Shown: positions 9,349-19,003 of the stretch, piece by piece
How the letters are laid out: each line of letters opens with the position of its first letter
How positions within the stretch are numbered: the stretch's first letter is position 1
Assembly (NCBI GenBank): GCA_036661035.1
Contig: JAVWZM010000001.1
Span: 3,022-67,021, forward strand
Source: Oscillospiraceae bacterium
GTDB lineage: Bacteria > Bacillota > Clostridia > Oscillospirales > Ruminococcaceae
Direction of reading: 5' to 3'
DNA length: 64,000 bases
Notes under the pieces: model-generated
What the model saw: only the letters and a program-made list of their open reading frames with translations
Databases searched by the model: none
Told to the model about the DNA's origin: nothing
Translations under genes and position numbers: made by a program

Positions 9349-11133
9349 TTATTTATACAAGGGGCCATATGCTGCACATGCTTTGTAATCGGCAGCTTGT
9401 AAATCCTCTGTGCCGAAGGCTGCCCATGCGTGTGGACGATATACCTTTTCGGCAGGTACATTATGCATGGTTACAGGTATGCGAAGCATGGACGCAAGCG
9501 TAATTAAATCTGCACCCACATGGCCGTAAACTGTTACGCCGTGGTTGGCACCCCAGTTTGCCATGACGCTGTACACATCTTTAAATGCGCCCTCGCCGGT
9601 AAGGCGCGGAGCAAACCATGTGGTAGGCCATGTGCGGTCTGTACGCAAATCAATGGTGCTGTGCATGTCATCAGGCAGCACGGCTGTAGTGCCTTCGGCT
9701 ATCTGGATAACGGGGCCTATGCCCTCTACAATGTTTACGCGCAGCATGGTGATAGGCATTTCCGCAGAGGTTTTAAAATGGCTTGAGAAACCGCCGCCGC
9801 GGAAGTATTCGTAGTTTGCACGGCACCAGTCGGTAGCGTCTGTGCAAGCTTTAATGTCGGCAGCTTTCATGTCCCAGAAGGGTTTCATGCAGCCCTCGCC
9901 TTTTTCGTTCTTAGCGGCACCGCTGCCGTCAAGCGCGGTTGCACCGGAGTTAATCAAATGGATAAAGCCATCTTTGGCGGCACCCGTTGGGGCTTTGCCC
10001 GTAACGCGCTTGCACGCGTCTGGGCTCCAGTAAGTGCGCACATCATGAAAGCAAGGTGCTGTGTTTGTAACAAGTGTTCCAAGCATCATGGCTATGCCGT
10101 TGCAGGTGTCGTTTTCTGTGGCAAAGGGTGTAGGCATTTTTGCACCGTTCCAGTCGAAGGTGCTTGCCATAATAGCCTCGGTAAAGTCGGCGTTTGGCAG
10201 CCAGTCTGTCCAGTTGCGCTGGCCTTGGAAACCGCCTGCAATTGCGTTTTTGCCAAGGGCTTCCTCGTGCCAGCCCATCTCGGCAAGCTTCGGGTTGCCA
10301 TAAAGGATATCGCGCATAACCATGGTCATCTTAGTGATAAATTCCCAGTCCTCATTGGCAGGAACTACTTTGGATTTTGTTACGATGTCTGCAAGCTTTT
10401 TACCCTTGTTGCAGTCGAAGCCCTCTTTACAGTTTGCTTTTACCCATGCAAGAGCTTTTTCGTATTCGGTTGCGTCGTATATGCCAAGAGTAATGCGGCG
10501 CACAATTTCTGTCATGTCTACCCATTCGGCACGTATGCCGAAATATTTTTGGAATACAGATGCGTCACAATAGCTGCCTGCAATACCCATGGCAACACCG
10601 CCAAGGTTTACATATGCTTTGTTCTTCATCCAACCCACGGCAACAGCTGCACGGGCAAAACGGATAATCTTTTCTTCCACGTCGGCGGGAATGGAGGTGT
10701 CGGTAATATCCTGCACATCATGGCCGTAAATGCTGAAAGCAGGCAGGCCTTTCTGCGCATGTGCGGCAAGAACAGCCGCAAGATAAACGGCGCCCGGACG
10801 CTCTGTGCCGTTAAAGCCCCAAACGGCTTTAATGGTTTTAGGATCCATGTCAAAGGTTTCGCTGCCATAGCACCAACAAGGTGTTACGCTTAAAGTAGCC
10901 ACAACATTTTCGGTGGAAAACTTGTCTTGGCATGCTGCGGCTTCTGCGCCGCCGCCTATGGTGCTGTCAGCTATAATGCACTGCACAGGTGTGCCGTCGG
11001 GATATTTAAGCGTTTCGCTTATTAGCTTTGCCGCGCTTGTTGCCATGCCCATTGTCTGCGCCTCAAGCCCCTCGCGTATGCCGCCCCAGCGGCCGTCAAT
11101 TGTTGGTCGAATACCTATTTTTGGATATAACAT
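9349..11133 (-). CDS. fucI: L-fucose isomerase
   Basis: 594 aa. [28 protein letters not shown]... is a canonical FucI N-terminus. Confidence 0.92.
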   Translation of the reverse strand: MLYPKIGIRPTIDGRWGGIREGLEAQTMGMATSAAKLISETLKYPDGTPVQCIIADSTIGGGAEAAACQDKFSTENVVATLSVTPCWCYGSETFDMDPKTIKAVWGFNGTERPGAVYLAAVLAAHAQKGLPAFSIYGHDVQDITDTSIPADVEEKIIRFARAAVAVGWMKNKAYVNLGGVAMGIAGSYCDASVFQKYFGIRAEWVDMTEIVRRITLGIYDATEYEKALAWVKANCKEGFDCNKGKKLADIVTKSKVVPANEDWEFITKMTMVMRDILYGNPKLAEMGWHEEALGKNAIAGGFQGQRNWTDWLPNADFTEAIMASTFDWNGAKMPTPFATENDTCNGIAMMLGTLVTNTAPCFHDVRTYWSPDACKRVTGKAPTGAAKDGFIHLINSGATALDGSGAAKNEKGEGCMKPFWDMKAADIKACTDATDWCRANYEYFRGGGFSSHFKTSAEMPITMLRVNIVEGIGPVIQIAEGTTAVLPDDMHSTIDLRTDRTWPTTWFAPRLTGEGAFKDVYSVMANWGANHGVTVYGHVGADLITLASMLRIPVTMHNVPAEKVYRPHAWAAFGTEDLQAADYKACAAYGPLYK

Positions 11134-12539
11134 TATAATAACCTCCTATATTTTTCATATGCATCTTTCCATGCTGTTACTTCGCACGGATTATATGTTT
11201 TTACGGGTTCTGTTTTACGTATTAATTCGCGTCCGTTTGCAATGTCCTTTATTGCGCCAAGCGCCGTTAATTGGATAATAATATTGCCAAGAGCCGTTGC
11301 TTCGATAGGCCCTGCTATTACGGGAATATTTAGGGCGTTTGCTGCCATTTGGCACAAAAGCCTGTCCTTGGTGCCGCCGCCTAAAATATGTAAAACATCA
11401 AAGCTTTTATTGGTGGCGGTTTTAATTTGGTTTAATGCAAAGCAATATTTTAAAGCAAGGCTTTCGTAGATGCATCGCATAATTTCGCCTACAGTTTGAG
11501 GCATACCTTGCCCCGTTTTAAGGCAATAATCTTGCACTCGCTGTGGAATATCTCCGGGCGGTGCAAATTCCGGCGCGTCGGGATCTATAAAATATTGCAA
11601 GGGCTTTGCGTCAAGGGCGAGGCGTTCTAAATCTCCATAGGAGTATTCTTTGCCTTGGCGTTTCCATTCGCGGCGGCTTTCTTGTATCAGCCATAGCCCG
11701 ATAATGTTTTTAAGATAATTTATTTTGCCGTTTGCGCCAAGCTCGTTTGAAAGGTTAAGCTCCAGACTTTGCTCTGTAAGAACGGGAGTGTCAAGCTCGC
11801 ACCCAAGCAACGACCATGTGCCGCAAGATAAAAACGCGGCGTTTTCGCTTTGAACAGGCATGGCGGCTATGGCACATTGTGTGTCGTGCCCTGCCACGGA
11901 TATCACTTTCGCGTTTTCATATTTGCCGATTACCGTGCCGCTTTTCACTATAGGCGCAAAAATGCTTTTCGGTATTTTGTAAGCCGTTAGCACCTTGTCG
12001 CTCCAAGCCTTGGCAGTGGGAGAAAGCATTTGGCTTGTGCCTGCTGTGCTTTCTTCGCATACGGCGTTGCCGCAAAGGGAATAAGCGAACAAATCAGGCA
12101 TGTGGAGTATGGTTTTAACGCCCGTTAAGTCCTCGGTTATAAGCTGAAACAAGGTGTTGATATCCATAATCTGCACACCTGTTTCGGCGTACAGCTCTTT
12201 GCTTGTCATTGCTTGCTGCGCTTTTTGCGCCATGCCGTTTGTGCGCACATCACGGTAATGCACGGGGTTTCTCATCAATTTTCCGTTTTGGTCTAAAAGG
12301 CCGTAATCCACGCCCCATGTGTCGAAGGCAACGCTGTCGAAGGGCTTTGCATTGTCAATGCCAATATTTACATTGCGCATTAAATCGTCAAAATCCCAGC
12401 ATAGCTTACCGTCTTTTTCTATAGGCACGTTGTCAAAGCGATGCACTTCATTATATGTAAGTGACGTGCCGTCGTATACGGCTTTAATGGCGCGGCCGCT
12501 GGACGCGCCAAAATCGAAGGCTAAAACAGTGTACATCAT
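11133..12539 (-). CDS. FGGY-family sugar kinase of the rhamnulokinase type, probable L-fuculokinase by context
   Basis: [14 protein letters not shown]...[21 protein letters not shown] resembles RhaB. Its start and stop overlap fucU and fucI. Confidence 0.8.
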   Translation of the reverse strand: MMYTVLAFDFGASSGRAIKAVYDGTSLTYNEVHRFDNVPIEKDGKLCWDFDDLMRNVNIGIDNAKPFDSVAFDTWGVDYGLLDQNGKLMRNPVHYRDVRTNGMAQKAQQAMTSKELYAETGVQIMDINTLFQLITEDLTGVKTILHMPDLFAYSLCGNAVCEESTAGTSQMLSPTAKAWSDKVLTAYKIPKSIFAPIVKSGTVIGKYENAKVISVAGHDTQCAIAAMPVQSENAAFLSCGTWSLLGCELDTPVLTEQSLELNLSNELGANGKINYLKNIIGLWLIQESRREWKRQGKEYSYGDLERLALDAKPLQYFIDPDAPEFAPPGDIPQRVQDYCLKTGQGMPQTVGEIMRCIYESLALKYCFALNQIKTATNKSFDVLHILGGGTKDRLLCQMAANALNIPVIAGPIEATALGNIIIQLTALGAIKDIANGRELIRKTEPVKTYNPCEVTAWKDAYEKYRRLL

Positions 12540-12970
12540 TTTACTACACCCTTTTTAAGCAAGATATTGGCATAAATTGCGCCCTCGCCTGTGGCAACTA
12601 TTGCATATGCTTTTTTGGCGCGCTCGTAAAAAGCGAAACGCTCTATCATTTCGATGTCGCTATGCATAGGCTCATGCTTGCCAAGCACACGCTTATAGTC
12701 CTCCCATATGGTGGGATGCACGTCGTCGCCTGGCACAACGCTCATAAGCGCAACAGGTTTTTCAGAATATGCGTCAAGGGGCATCAGCGTTAATATTGCG
12801 TCTAAAAGCTCGGTTACTCCGTGGCCGTCTGCACGCACTACTACTGCGTCCTTGCCCACGCTTTCTGAGGGGAAATTGCCGTCTGCCAACACTATTTCGT
12901 CGCCGTGTCCCATTTCCATCAGCACCTTTAATAGGGCAGGGGAAATGATTGAAGGAATGTTTTTAAGCAT
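12536..12970 (-). CDS. fucU: L-fucose mutarotase (RbsD/FucU family)
   Basis: MLKNIPSIISPALLKVLMEMGHGDEIVLADGNFP is a FucU signature. Confidence 0.85.
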   Translation of the reverse strand: MLKNIPSIISPALLKVLMEMGHGDEIVLADGNFPSESVGKDAVVVRADGHGVTELLDAILTLMPLDAYSEKPVALMSVVPGDDVHPTIWEDYKRVLGKHEPMHSDIEMIERFAFYERAKKAYAIVATGEGAIYANILLKKGVVK

Positions 12971-13007
12971 ATTTTACCTCCTTTAGTTAAAATGTGTAAT
13001 TACATTG

Positions 13008-13058
13008 CAATAAACAAAAGCCATCGGCTGCCATCAATTAGGACGTATACCGATGGCT
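13008..13058 (-). terminator. internal terminator/attenuator between fucO and fucU
   Basis: Stem AAGCCATCGG/CCGATGGCTT (22-nt loop) followed on the minus strand by TTTTGTTTATT. Confidence 0.5.
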
Positions 13059-13112
13059 TTAAATCGTATATAAAGCTATGAAATGGTACTTAACAAGTGT
13101 TATGTCAGCAAA

Positions 13113-14258
13113 TTACAGCAGCTTGCGGAAAAGCTCGGATATTTCTTTAACGCTTGTATCCCGTGGGTTGCCGGGGCGGCATGCGTCTGCATATGCACTT
13201 TCGGAAAGGAACTGAATGTCCTCTTCTTTAAGTATACCTGCAAGGTTTTTAGGAATACCCACATCAGCGGCAAGCTTGCTAACAGCGGCTACGGCAGCTT
13301 TGCGGCAAGTGGCAATGTCCATATCGGCTGTGCCCTCTACGCCCATTGCGGCGGCGATGTCGCGGTATTTGTCGCCTGTTGCCTCGGCGTTATATTCCAT
13401 TACCGTGGGAAGAATGATAGCGTTTGCAACGCCGTGTGGTGTGTCGTATAATGCGCCAAGGCCATGCGCCATGCTATGCACTACGCCAAGCCCAACGTTG
13501 GAAAAGCCTTGCCCTGCAATATACTGTGCCAACGCCATGCCTTCGCGGCCTTCGGCTTCGCCTGCAACTGCGCCGCGTAGATGCTTTGAAATAAGCTCTA
13601 CTGCTTTAATGTGGAACATGTCTGTCATTGTCCATGCGCCAAGAGTGATATATCCCTCGATAGCATGTGTAAGCGCGTCCATACCTGTAGCGGCTGTAAG
13701 GCCCTTTGGCATGCTTGCCATCATGTCGGGATCTACCACGGCTACTTCGGGAATGTCGTTTTTATCAACGCACACGAATTTGCGGCGTTTTTCTACGTCT
13801 GTGATAACGTAGTTTACGGTTACTTCTGCTGCGGTGCCTGCGGTTGTAGGTACTGCAATTGTGTAAACGGCATGGTTTTTGGTAGGTGCTACGCCCTCTA
13901 GGCTGCGCACATCTGCAAACTCGGGGTTTTTGGCAATAATGCCGATAGCTTTTGCCGTGTCCATTGCGCTGCCGCCGCCTATGGCAATAATGCAGTCTGC
14001 GCCTGAGGCGTTAAATGCTTTTACGCCGCCCTGTACGTTTTCAATGGTTGGGTTTGCTTTAATTTCGCTGAACAGCACATAGGGGAATACACCCTCAAGC
14101 AAATCGGTAACTTTTTTGGATACGCCAAATTTTACAAGGTCGGGATCTGTGCAAACAAAAGCCTTTGTGCAGCCATGCCCTTTCAATTCTCCTAGGATTT
14201 CGGAAATTGCGCCCTTGCCATGATAAGAAACGGTGTTTAATACTATGCGATTAGCCAT
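13113..14258 (-). CDS. fucO: lactaldehyde reductase (iron-containing alcohol dehydrogenase, 1,2-propanediol oxidoreductase)
   Basis: 381 aa. MANRIVLNTVSYHGKGAI..., GGGSAMDTAK and a His-rich metal site are typical of FucO. Confidence 0.85.
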   Translation of the reverse strand: MANRIVLNTVSYHGKGAISEILGELKGHGCTKAFVCTDPDLVKFGVSKKVTDLLEGVFPYVLFSEIKANPTIENVQGGVKAFNASGADCIIAIGGGSAMDTAKAIGIIAKNPEFADVRSLEGVAPTKNHAVYTIAVPTTAGTAAEVTVNYVITDVEKRRKFVCVDKNDIPEVAVVDPDMMASMPKGLTAATGMDALTHAIEGYITLGAWTMTDMFHIKAVELISKHLRGAVAGEAEGREGMALAQYIAGQGFSNVGLGVVHSMAHGLGALYDTPHGVANAIILPTVMEYNAEATGDKYRDIAAAMGVEGTADMDIATCRKAAVAAVSKLAADVGIPKNLAGILKEEDIQFLSESAYADACRPGNPRDTSVKEISELFRKLL

Positions 14259-14378
14259 AACAGTACATCCTTCTTTCTTATATTTGCCGCTTTTAGCGGA
14301 AATTGTTGTATTTACTCTGCGCCCTTATAAGCTGTGTCATAAGAGCAAATAAACGGTACATCGTCTACTTAACGAGTG

Positions 14379-15065
14379 TTATTCTTCGCTTGGATATTTT
14401 TTATATCCCGGGTGACGACCTGTAACGCCGTAATATCCGCGAAGGTCAATAAGCTTTTGGATATTTTCGCGGCTAATGTCGCGGCTGCCGCCGAGGATAA
14501 CGGCGTTTATGGTAATTTTTGCCCAAAGCTCTAAGCTTTCCATACGATAAAACGCAGTGAAAACGTCGCTGCCTACGGCAAGCGCACCATGGTTTTCAAG
14601 GAGCATTACGTCATGCTCCTCAAGAAACGGCTCAATGGCGTTTGGCACTTCTACAGTGGAGGGCGTGCCATATGGTGTAAGAGGCACAGAGCCGATAACC
14701 GCCACGTCCTCTATCATATTATACATGTCCATAGATTTATGGGCTACGGCAAAGCCTGTTGCGCCGGGTGGGTGTGCGTGGATAACGCTCCATACGTCCT
14801 CGCGCTTTTCGTAGCAGCGCAGATGCATTTTAATTTCGCTTGATGGGCGATAGCCCTCAGCAGCTTCTAAAATTTCGCCTTTTGCGTTTATGCGCACCAG
14901 CTTTTCAGGTGTGATAAAGGATTTGCTGATACCTGTAGGTGTCGCCAGAAATGTGCCGTCCTCAAGACGTGCGGATACATTGCCGTCGTTTGCGGCTACC
15001 CAGCCAAGCTGCCACATTTTGTGGCACACATCACAGATTTGCTCTTTAATTACATTAATATCCAT
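14379..15065 (-). CDS. fucA: class II aldolase, L-fuculose-phosphate aldolase
   Basis: 228 aa. AANDGNVSARL...IHAHPPGATGF matches the class II aldolase/adducin metal site, and the gene sits in fucose context. Confidence 0.8.
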   Translation of the reverse strand: MDINVIKEQICDVCHKMWQLGWVAANDGNVSARLEDGTFLATPTGISKSFITPEKLVRINAKGEILEAAEGYRPSSEIKMHLRCYEKREDVWSVIHAHPPGATGFAVAHKSMDMYNMIEDVAVIGSVPLTPYGTPSTVEVPNAIEPFLEEHDVMLLENHGALAVGSDVFTAFYRMESLELWAKITINAVILGGSRDISRENIQKLIDLRGYYGVTGRHPGYKKYPSEE

Positions 15066-15134
15066 CTTTTGCCTCCTATTTTTTATTATTTAAACTTGCA
15101 TAGCAAGTCTACCGTCTATACTTGTATTATACTG

Positions 15135-15164
15135 TTGCAATTCTAATTAATCTTGGTGTATAAT
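15135..15164 (+). promoter_or_regulatory. candidate promoter of the AraC regulator gene in the divergent fucA/araC region
   Basis: TTGCAA-18 nt-TATAAT about 40 nt before the start codon. Confidence 0.4.
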
Positions 15165-15204
15165 AACAAAAACTAGTATTATATTCACATTTAGGGGGCG
15201 CTTT

Positions 15205-16050
15205 ATGAATTATTTAGCTTATCACGAAAATAAGATGCGCGGAACTTTCGATTTCCCCATAGAATTAAGCCTTGTAACACCATTACACCCAAGGTATCAA
15301 ATGCCGTTTCATTGGCATATGGAATATGAAATAATACTTGTGCAGGAGGGCGAATTTGCCTTGTCGCTAGATACAGAGGTGCTTTTGTTACACACCGGCG
15401 ACGCGGCGCTGATAACAGGCGGCGTAATACATGGGGGCGTGCCATACGGCTGTACATACGAGTGCCTTGTATTTGATATGGGGCGGTTTATGCTAAACAA
15501 TACCGCCGCTACCGCCGCCATAGAGCTTTTGCCCGAATATGCGCGGCAAAACCCGTATTTTGCAAGAGATACAAGCGAGGCTAAAATTGCAGATGAAATA
15601 TTTACGGTAATGGCAAAGGAGCCACGCGGCTACGAGCTGATTATCACAGGGCTATTGTGGCAGTTTATAGGCACAGTGCTGGCAAAGCCCACTTATTGTG
15701 TAGACGATTCTCAGCGCAAAACACACCGCCGTGTAAAGCAGATGAAACGCGTGTTGCACCGCATACGCACAGATTATTCTTTGCCCCTTACATTAAACGA
15801 CCTTGCCGAGGAGGCAGGCATGGCGCCTAAATATTTTTGCCGCGCCTTTGCGGAAACCACAGGCAGAACGCCTATAGATTATCTAAACTATTACCGTGTG
15901 GAGTGTGCAGGAGAACAGCTTTCTGTAACAAGCGATTCCGTCACAGACATTGCCCTTTCCTGTGGGTTTAACGATTTAAGCTATTTTACACGCACTTTTC
16001 GCAAATATAAAGGCGTAAGCCCTAAAAAATACCGCACAGTAACAAAATGA
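15205..16050 (+). CDS. AraC family transcriptional regulator (cupin sensor plus HTH), likely fucose-cluster regulator
   Basis: The C-terminus LNDLAEEAGMAPKYFCRAFAETTGRTPIDYLNYYRVE...SYFTRTFRKYKGVSPKKYR is an AraC HTH. The gene is divergent from fucA. Confidence 0.85.
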   Translation: MNYLAYHENKMRGTFDFPIELSLVTPLHPRYQMPFHWHMEYEIILVQEGEFALSLDTEVLLLHTGDAALITGGVIHGGVPYGCTYECLVFDMGRFMLNNTAATAAIELLPEYARQNPYFARDTSEAKIADEIFTVMAKEPRGYELIITGLLWQFIGTVLAKPTYCVDDSQRKTHRRVKQMKRVLHRIRTDYSLPLTLNDLAEEAGMAPKYFCRAFAETTGRTPIDYLNYYRVECAGEQLSVTSDSVTDIALSCGFNDLSYFTRTFRKYKGVSPKKYRTVTK

Positions 16051-16138
16051 AAGAATTGTATAGACGCTAAGAAAATTTTGATGTAAAATGGTGGAAAACA
16101 ATCAGATTGGGGATATAGCGACTTAACTTATAATAGAT

Positions 16139-16250
16139 GCGTTTTAAAGGTTGTAAGCGTATGAATATCCTCTCATGTGGCGATTTTATGTGCAAGCCTG
16201 TGGCTTTACGCGCAGTATGGCATTTTGATAAATGTTATGCGTGTGTGAAA
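16139..16250 (+). repeat. intergenic repeat family A copy
   Basis: GCGTTTTAAAGGTTGTAAGCGTATGAATATCCTCTCATGTGGCGATTTTATGTGCAAGCCTGTGGCTTTACGCGCAGTATGGCATTTTGATAAATG aligns with 23804-23910. Confidence 0.8.
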
Positions 16251-16316
16251 CGCAGCGAAATTAACGCAATTATAAAGAAATTATGCAGAAAACAGAAAAT
16301 AATAGGGGGAGCTATA

Positions 16317-17273
16317 ATGTCGAACGTAGTTGCAATGGGCGAGGCTCTGATAGATTTTACTATGCAAAGCGCCGACCATGAGGGATATCCTACAATGGAG
16401 GCGCACGCAGGCGGTGCGCCGCTGAATTATTTGGCGACGCTGAGCAAGTATGGCGTAAAAACAGCCATGCTGGCAAAGGTGGGCGGCGATACCTTTGGGG
16501 AGCTTTTAAAAGGCAGCATGGAGGCAGTGGGCATAGATATAAGCGGCGTTAAAACAGATAAAGATGTGTTTACCACCATGGCGTTTGTCACCCTTAAAAA
16601 AAGCGGCGAACGGGAATTTGCCTTTGCGCGAAAACCCGGAGCAGATACAATGTTAAAATATGAGGAGCTGGATTTGTCGCTGATAGACAAAGCGGACGTT
16701 TTTCATTTTGGCACTGTTTCCCTTACAGACGAGCCGATGCGTACTGCCACTAAAAAAGCAGTGGAATATGCAAAAGCAAAAGGAAAGATAATTTCCTTCG
16801 ATCCTAATTTGCGTGCGCCCCTATGGGCGGATTTAGAGGACGCAAAGCGGCAGATGGAATGGGGACTTTCCAAAGCGGATATAGTAAAAATAAGCCTTGA
16901 GGAAATAGAGTTTCTGTTTGATTGCATGGACGGAAAGGGCGCGGAAAAATGCCTTGTGGATTATAACGCAAAGCTTGTGTTTGTAACCCTTGGCAAGCAG
17001 GGCGCATATTTTGCCACGCGCAAATGCACAGGCTATGTAAAAATTCCTCAAGGCATAACCTCGGTAGATACCACAGGCGCAGGCGATATATTCGGCGGTG
17101 CCGCCATGTATGGCGTGCTGGAAAGCGCAAAGCAGCCGCAGGATTTAACGCGAGAGGAATTGCAGAAGATTACCGCCTTTGCCTGCACCGCTGCAAGCTT
17201 GTCTACACAAAGCTATGGCAGCATGCGCACAGTGCCTGATATCAGCGCGGTAAATGCGGCGTTGGCATTGTAA
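16317..17273 (+). CDS. PfkB family carbohydrate kinase (fructokinase-like)
   Basis: MSNVVAMGEALIDF... and the C-terminal DTTGAGDIFGGA motif. The ATG at 16317 follows a GGGGGA SD. The track start at 16137 runs through the family A repeat. Confidence 0.8.
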   Translation: MSNVVAMGEALIDFTMQSADHEGYPTMEAHAGGAPLNYLATLSKYGVKTAMLAKVGGDTFGELLKGSMEAVGIDISGVKTDKDVFTTMAFVTLKKSGEREFAFARKPGADTMLKYEELDLSLIDKADVFHFGTVSLTDEPMRTATKKAVEYAKAKGKIISFDPNLRAPLWADLEDAKRQMEWGLSKADIVKISLEEIEFLFDCMDGKGAEKCLVDYNAKLVFVTLGKQGAYFATRKCTGYVKIPQGITSVDTTGAGDIFGGAAMYGVLESAKQPQDLTREELQKITAFACTAASLSTQSYGSMRTVPDISAVNAALAL

Positions 17274-17425
17274 AAACAGCATGCATACTTATGTCAAGCT
17301 GCGGATATCCACATATACCGTTATTAAAGCAGTGGGCAATTGCAAAATGGATAAAGCTGTACAAAATTACAGGTGCGCGCGTTTCGCAATTGCCTATAAA
17401 AACAGCCTCGAAAGGAAAGTATTAT

Positions 17426-17995
17426 ATGATGAATAATAACGCTTTGTTAGATGCCTTGCAGATACAGCCCGTGGTGGCGGCGGCAAAAGATGCGGCAGGG
17501 CTTTTGTGCGCGCTTAAAAGCGAGTGCGAGGTGGTGTTTGTATTATATGGCAAGGTTGCGGATATATCTGAAATTACAGGCAAAATAAAGGCGACAGGCA
17601 AGCTTGCCATGATACATTTAGACCTTGTAGAGGGGCTTAGCGCACGGGAGGCGGCAGTGGATTTTATAGTGGAATACACAAAAGCAGACGGCATTATATC
17701 CACAAAGCCCGGCCTTATAAAATACGCTAAGGCAAAAGGACTTTTAACGGTGCAACGCTTTTTTGTGCTGGATTCTTTATCCCTTACCAATATAAACAAG
17801 CAGCTTTTATCCGCGGCAGACGCTGTGGAAATATTGCCGGGCGTAATGCCTAAAATAATAAAAGGCCTTTGCGCAAGCATTGAAAAGCCAATTATAGCAG
17901 GCGGACTTATCACGGATAAAGAAGACGTGATGAACGCGCTTTCCGCAGGCGCTGTGGCGGTGTCGTCTACAAACAGCGCAGTGTGGATTTGCTGA
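17426..17995 (+). CDS. glpP: glycerol-3-phosphate responsive antiterminator GlpP-like
   Basis: PVVAAAKD...VFVLYGKVADISEI...IHLDLVEGLS...GIISTKPGLIKYAKAKGLLTVQRFFVLDS is the GlpP family pattern. The start follows a GAAAGGAAAG SD. Confidence 0.75.
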   Translation: MMNNNALLDALQIQPVVAAAKDAAGLLCALKSECEVVFVLYGKVADISEITGKIKATGKLAMIHLDLVEGLSAREAAVDFIVEYTKADGIISTKPGLIKYAKAKGLLTVQRFFVLDSLSLTNINKQLLSAADAVEILPGVMPKIIKGLCASIEKPIIAGGLITDKEDVMNALSAGAVAVSSTNSAVWIC

Positions 17996-18151
17996 AAACC
18001 GATAAGCCCATCTGCATGGTGCTTGAGTGTTAAGCAAATGTACGGATATTTTACTGTTTCACTGCAAAATTTCACTGTAAAATCAGAAAATTAGGTTGCT
18101 CTTTTTTGCATTCTATGATACATTAAAATAAATATTTTTAAGGAGATGCCT

Positions 18152-19003
18152 ATGTTTACGATTCTTGCAAAAACTTCGCTTAACTCTACAGTAAGCAAAA
18201 TGGTGATAAGCGCACCGCTTATTGCCAAAAAAGCAGAGCCGGGACAATTTATCATTCTTCGCGCAAAAGGCGACAGCGAGCGCATACCGCTGACCGTTGC
18301 GGATTACGACCGCCAAAACGGTACTATTACGATTATTTATCAAATAGTCGGCGGTGCCACTATGGAATTGGATACTCTTTGCCAAGGTGACGCTTTACAG
18401 GATTTGGTTGGGCCGCTTGGCGTTGCAAGCCATGTAGATGGCCTTAAAAAGGTGGCTGTGGTAGGCGGAGGCGTGGGCTGTGCCATTGCATATCCAATTG
18501 CGAAAAAGCTGCATGCCATGGGCTGCTGTGTACACAGCATAGTGGGCTTTCGCAATAAAGACCTTGTGATATTGGAAGACGATTTTGCAAAGGTAAGCGA
18601 CAAGCTGCTTATGATGACAGATGACGGCAGCCACGGCGAAAAAGGCCTTGTAACAAACGCCCTTGAAAGCCTTATCAAAGACGGCAACGAATACGACGAG
18701 GTAATCGCTATCGGGCCGCTTGTTATGATGAAATTTGTTTGTTTGCTAACTAAAAAATACAATATAAAAACCGTGGTTTCCATGAACCCCATTATGATAG
18801 ACGGCACAGGCATGTGCGGCGGCTGCCGCCTTACAGTGGGTGGAGAAACCAAATTTGCCTGCGTAGACGGGCCGGATTTTGACGGCCACCTGGTGGACTT
18901 TGACGAGGCGTTACAGCGCGGCAGCATGTATAAGGAATTTGAAACACACCAGCGAGAAAAATCTTGCAATTTATTAAAAGGCGGTGCTGTAAACAATGGC
19001 TGA
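18152..19003 (+). CDS. nfnA: NfnA-type FAD/NAD(P)-binding oxidoreductase subunit (sulfide dehydrogenase-like, ferredoxin-NADP reductase alpha)
   Basis: FTILAKTSLNSTVSKMVISAPLIAKKAEPGQFIILR... and a C-terminal CGGCRLTVGGETKFACVDGPDF 2Fe-2S motif. It overlaps the following GltD-like gene. Confidence 0.8.
   Translation: MFTILAKTSLNSTVSKMVISAPLIAKKAEPGQFIILRAKGDSERIPLTVADYDRQNGTITIIYQIVGGATMELDTLCQGDALQDLVGPLGVASHVDGLKKVAVVGGGVGCAIAYPIAKKLHAMGCCVHSIVGFRNKDLVILEDDFAKVSDKLLMMTDDGSHGEKGLVTNALESLIKDGNEYDEVIAIGPLVMMKFVCLLTKKYNIKTVVSMNPIMIDGTGMCGGCRLTVGGETKFACVDGPDFDGHLVDFDEALQRGSMYKEFETHQREKSCNLLKGGAVNNG

Noticed and set aside
9958-10893. 311-aa ORF antisense to fucI. Similar long antisense ORFs lie at 18340-19014, 19664-20428, 31978-32874 (antisense to smc), 40210-40878 (antisense to leuS), 55312-56277 (antisense to pstA) and 58755-59270.
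   Set aside because: They lie entirely within confidently identified genes on the other strand. Their composition is low-complexity or Cys/Ser/Ala-rich, typical of mirror frames, and they lack SDs.
16137-16316. 60-codon N-terminal extension of the PfkB kinase ORF (MRFKGCKRMNILSCGDFMCKP...).
   Set aside because: The extension is the translation of a family A repeat copy; the same DNA occurs at 23804 in a non-coding gap. The kinase homology starts at MSNVVAMGEALIDF, which has its own SD.
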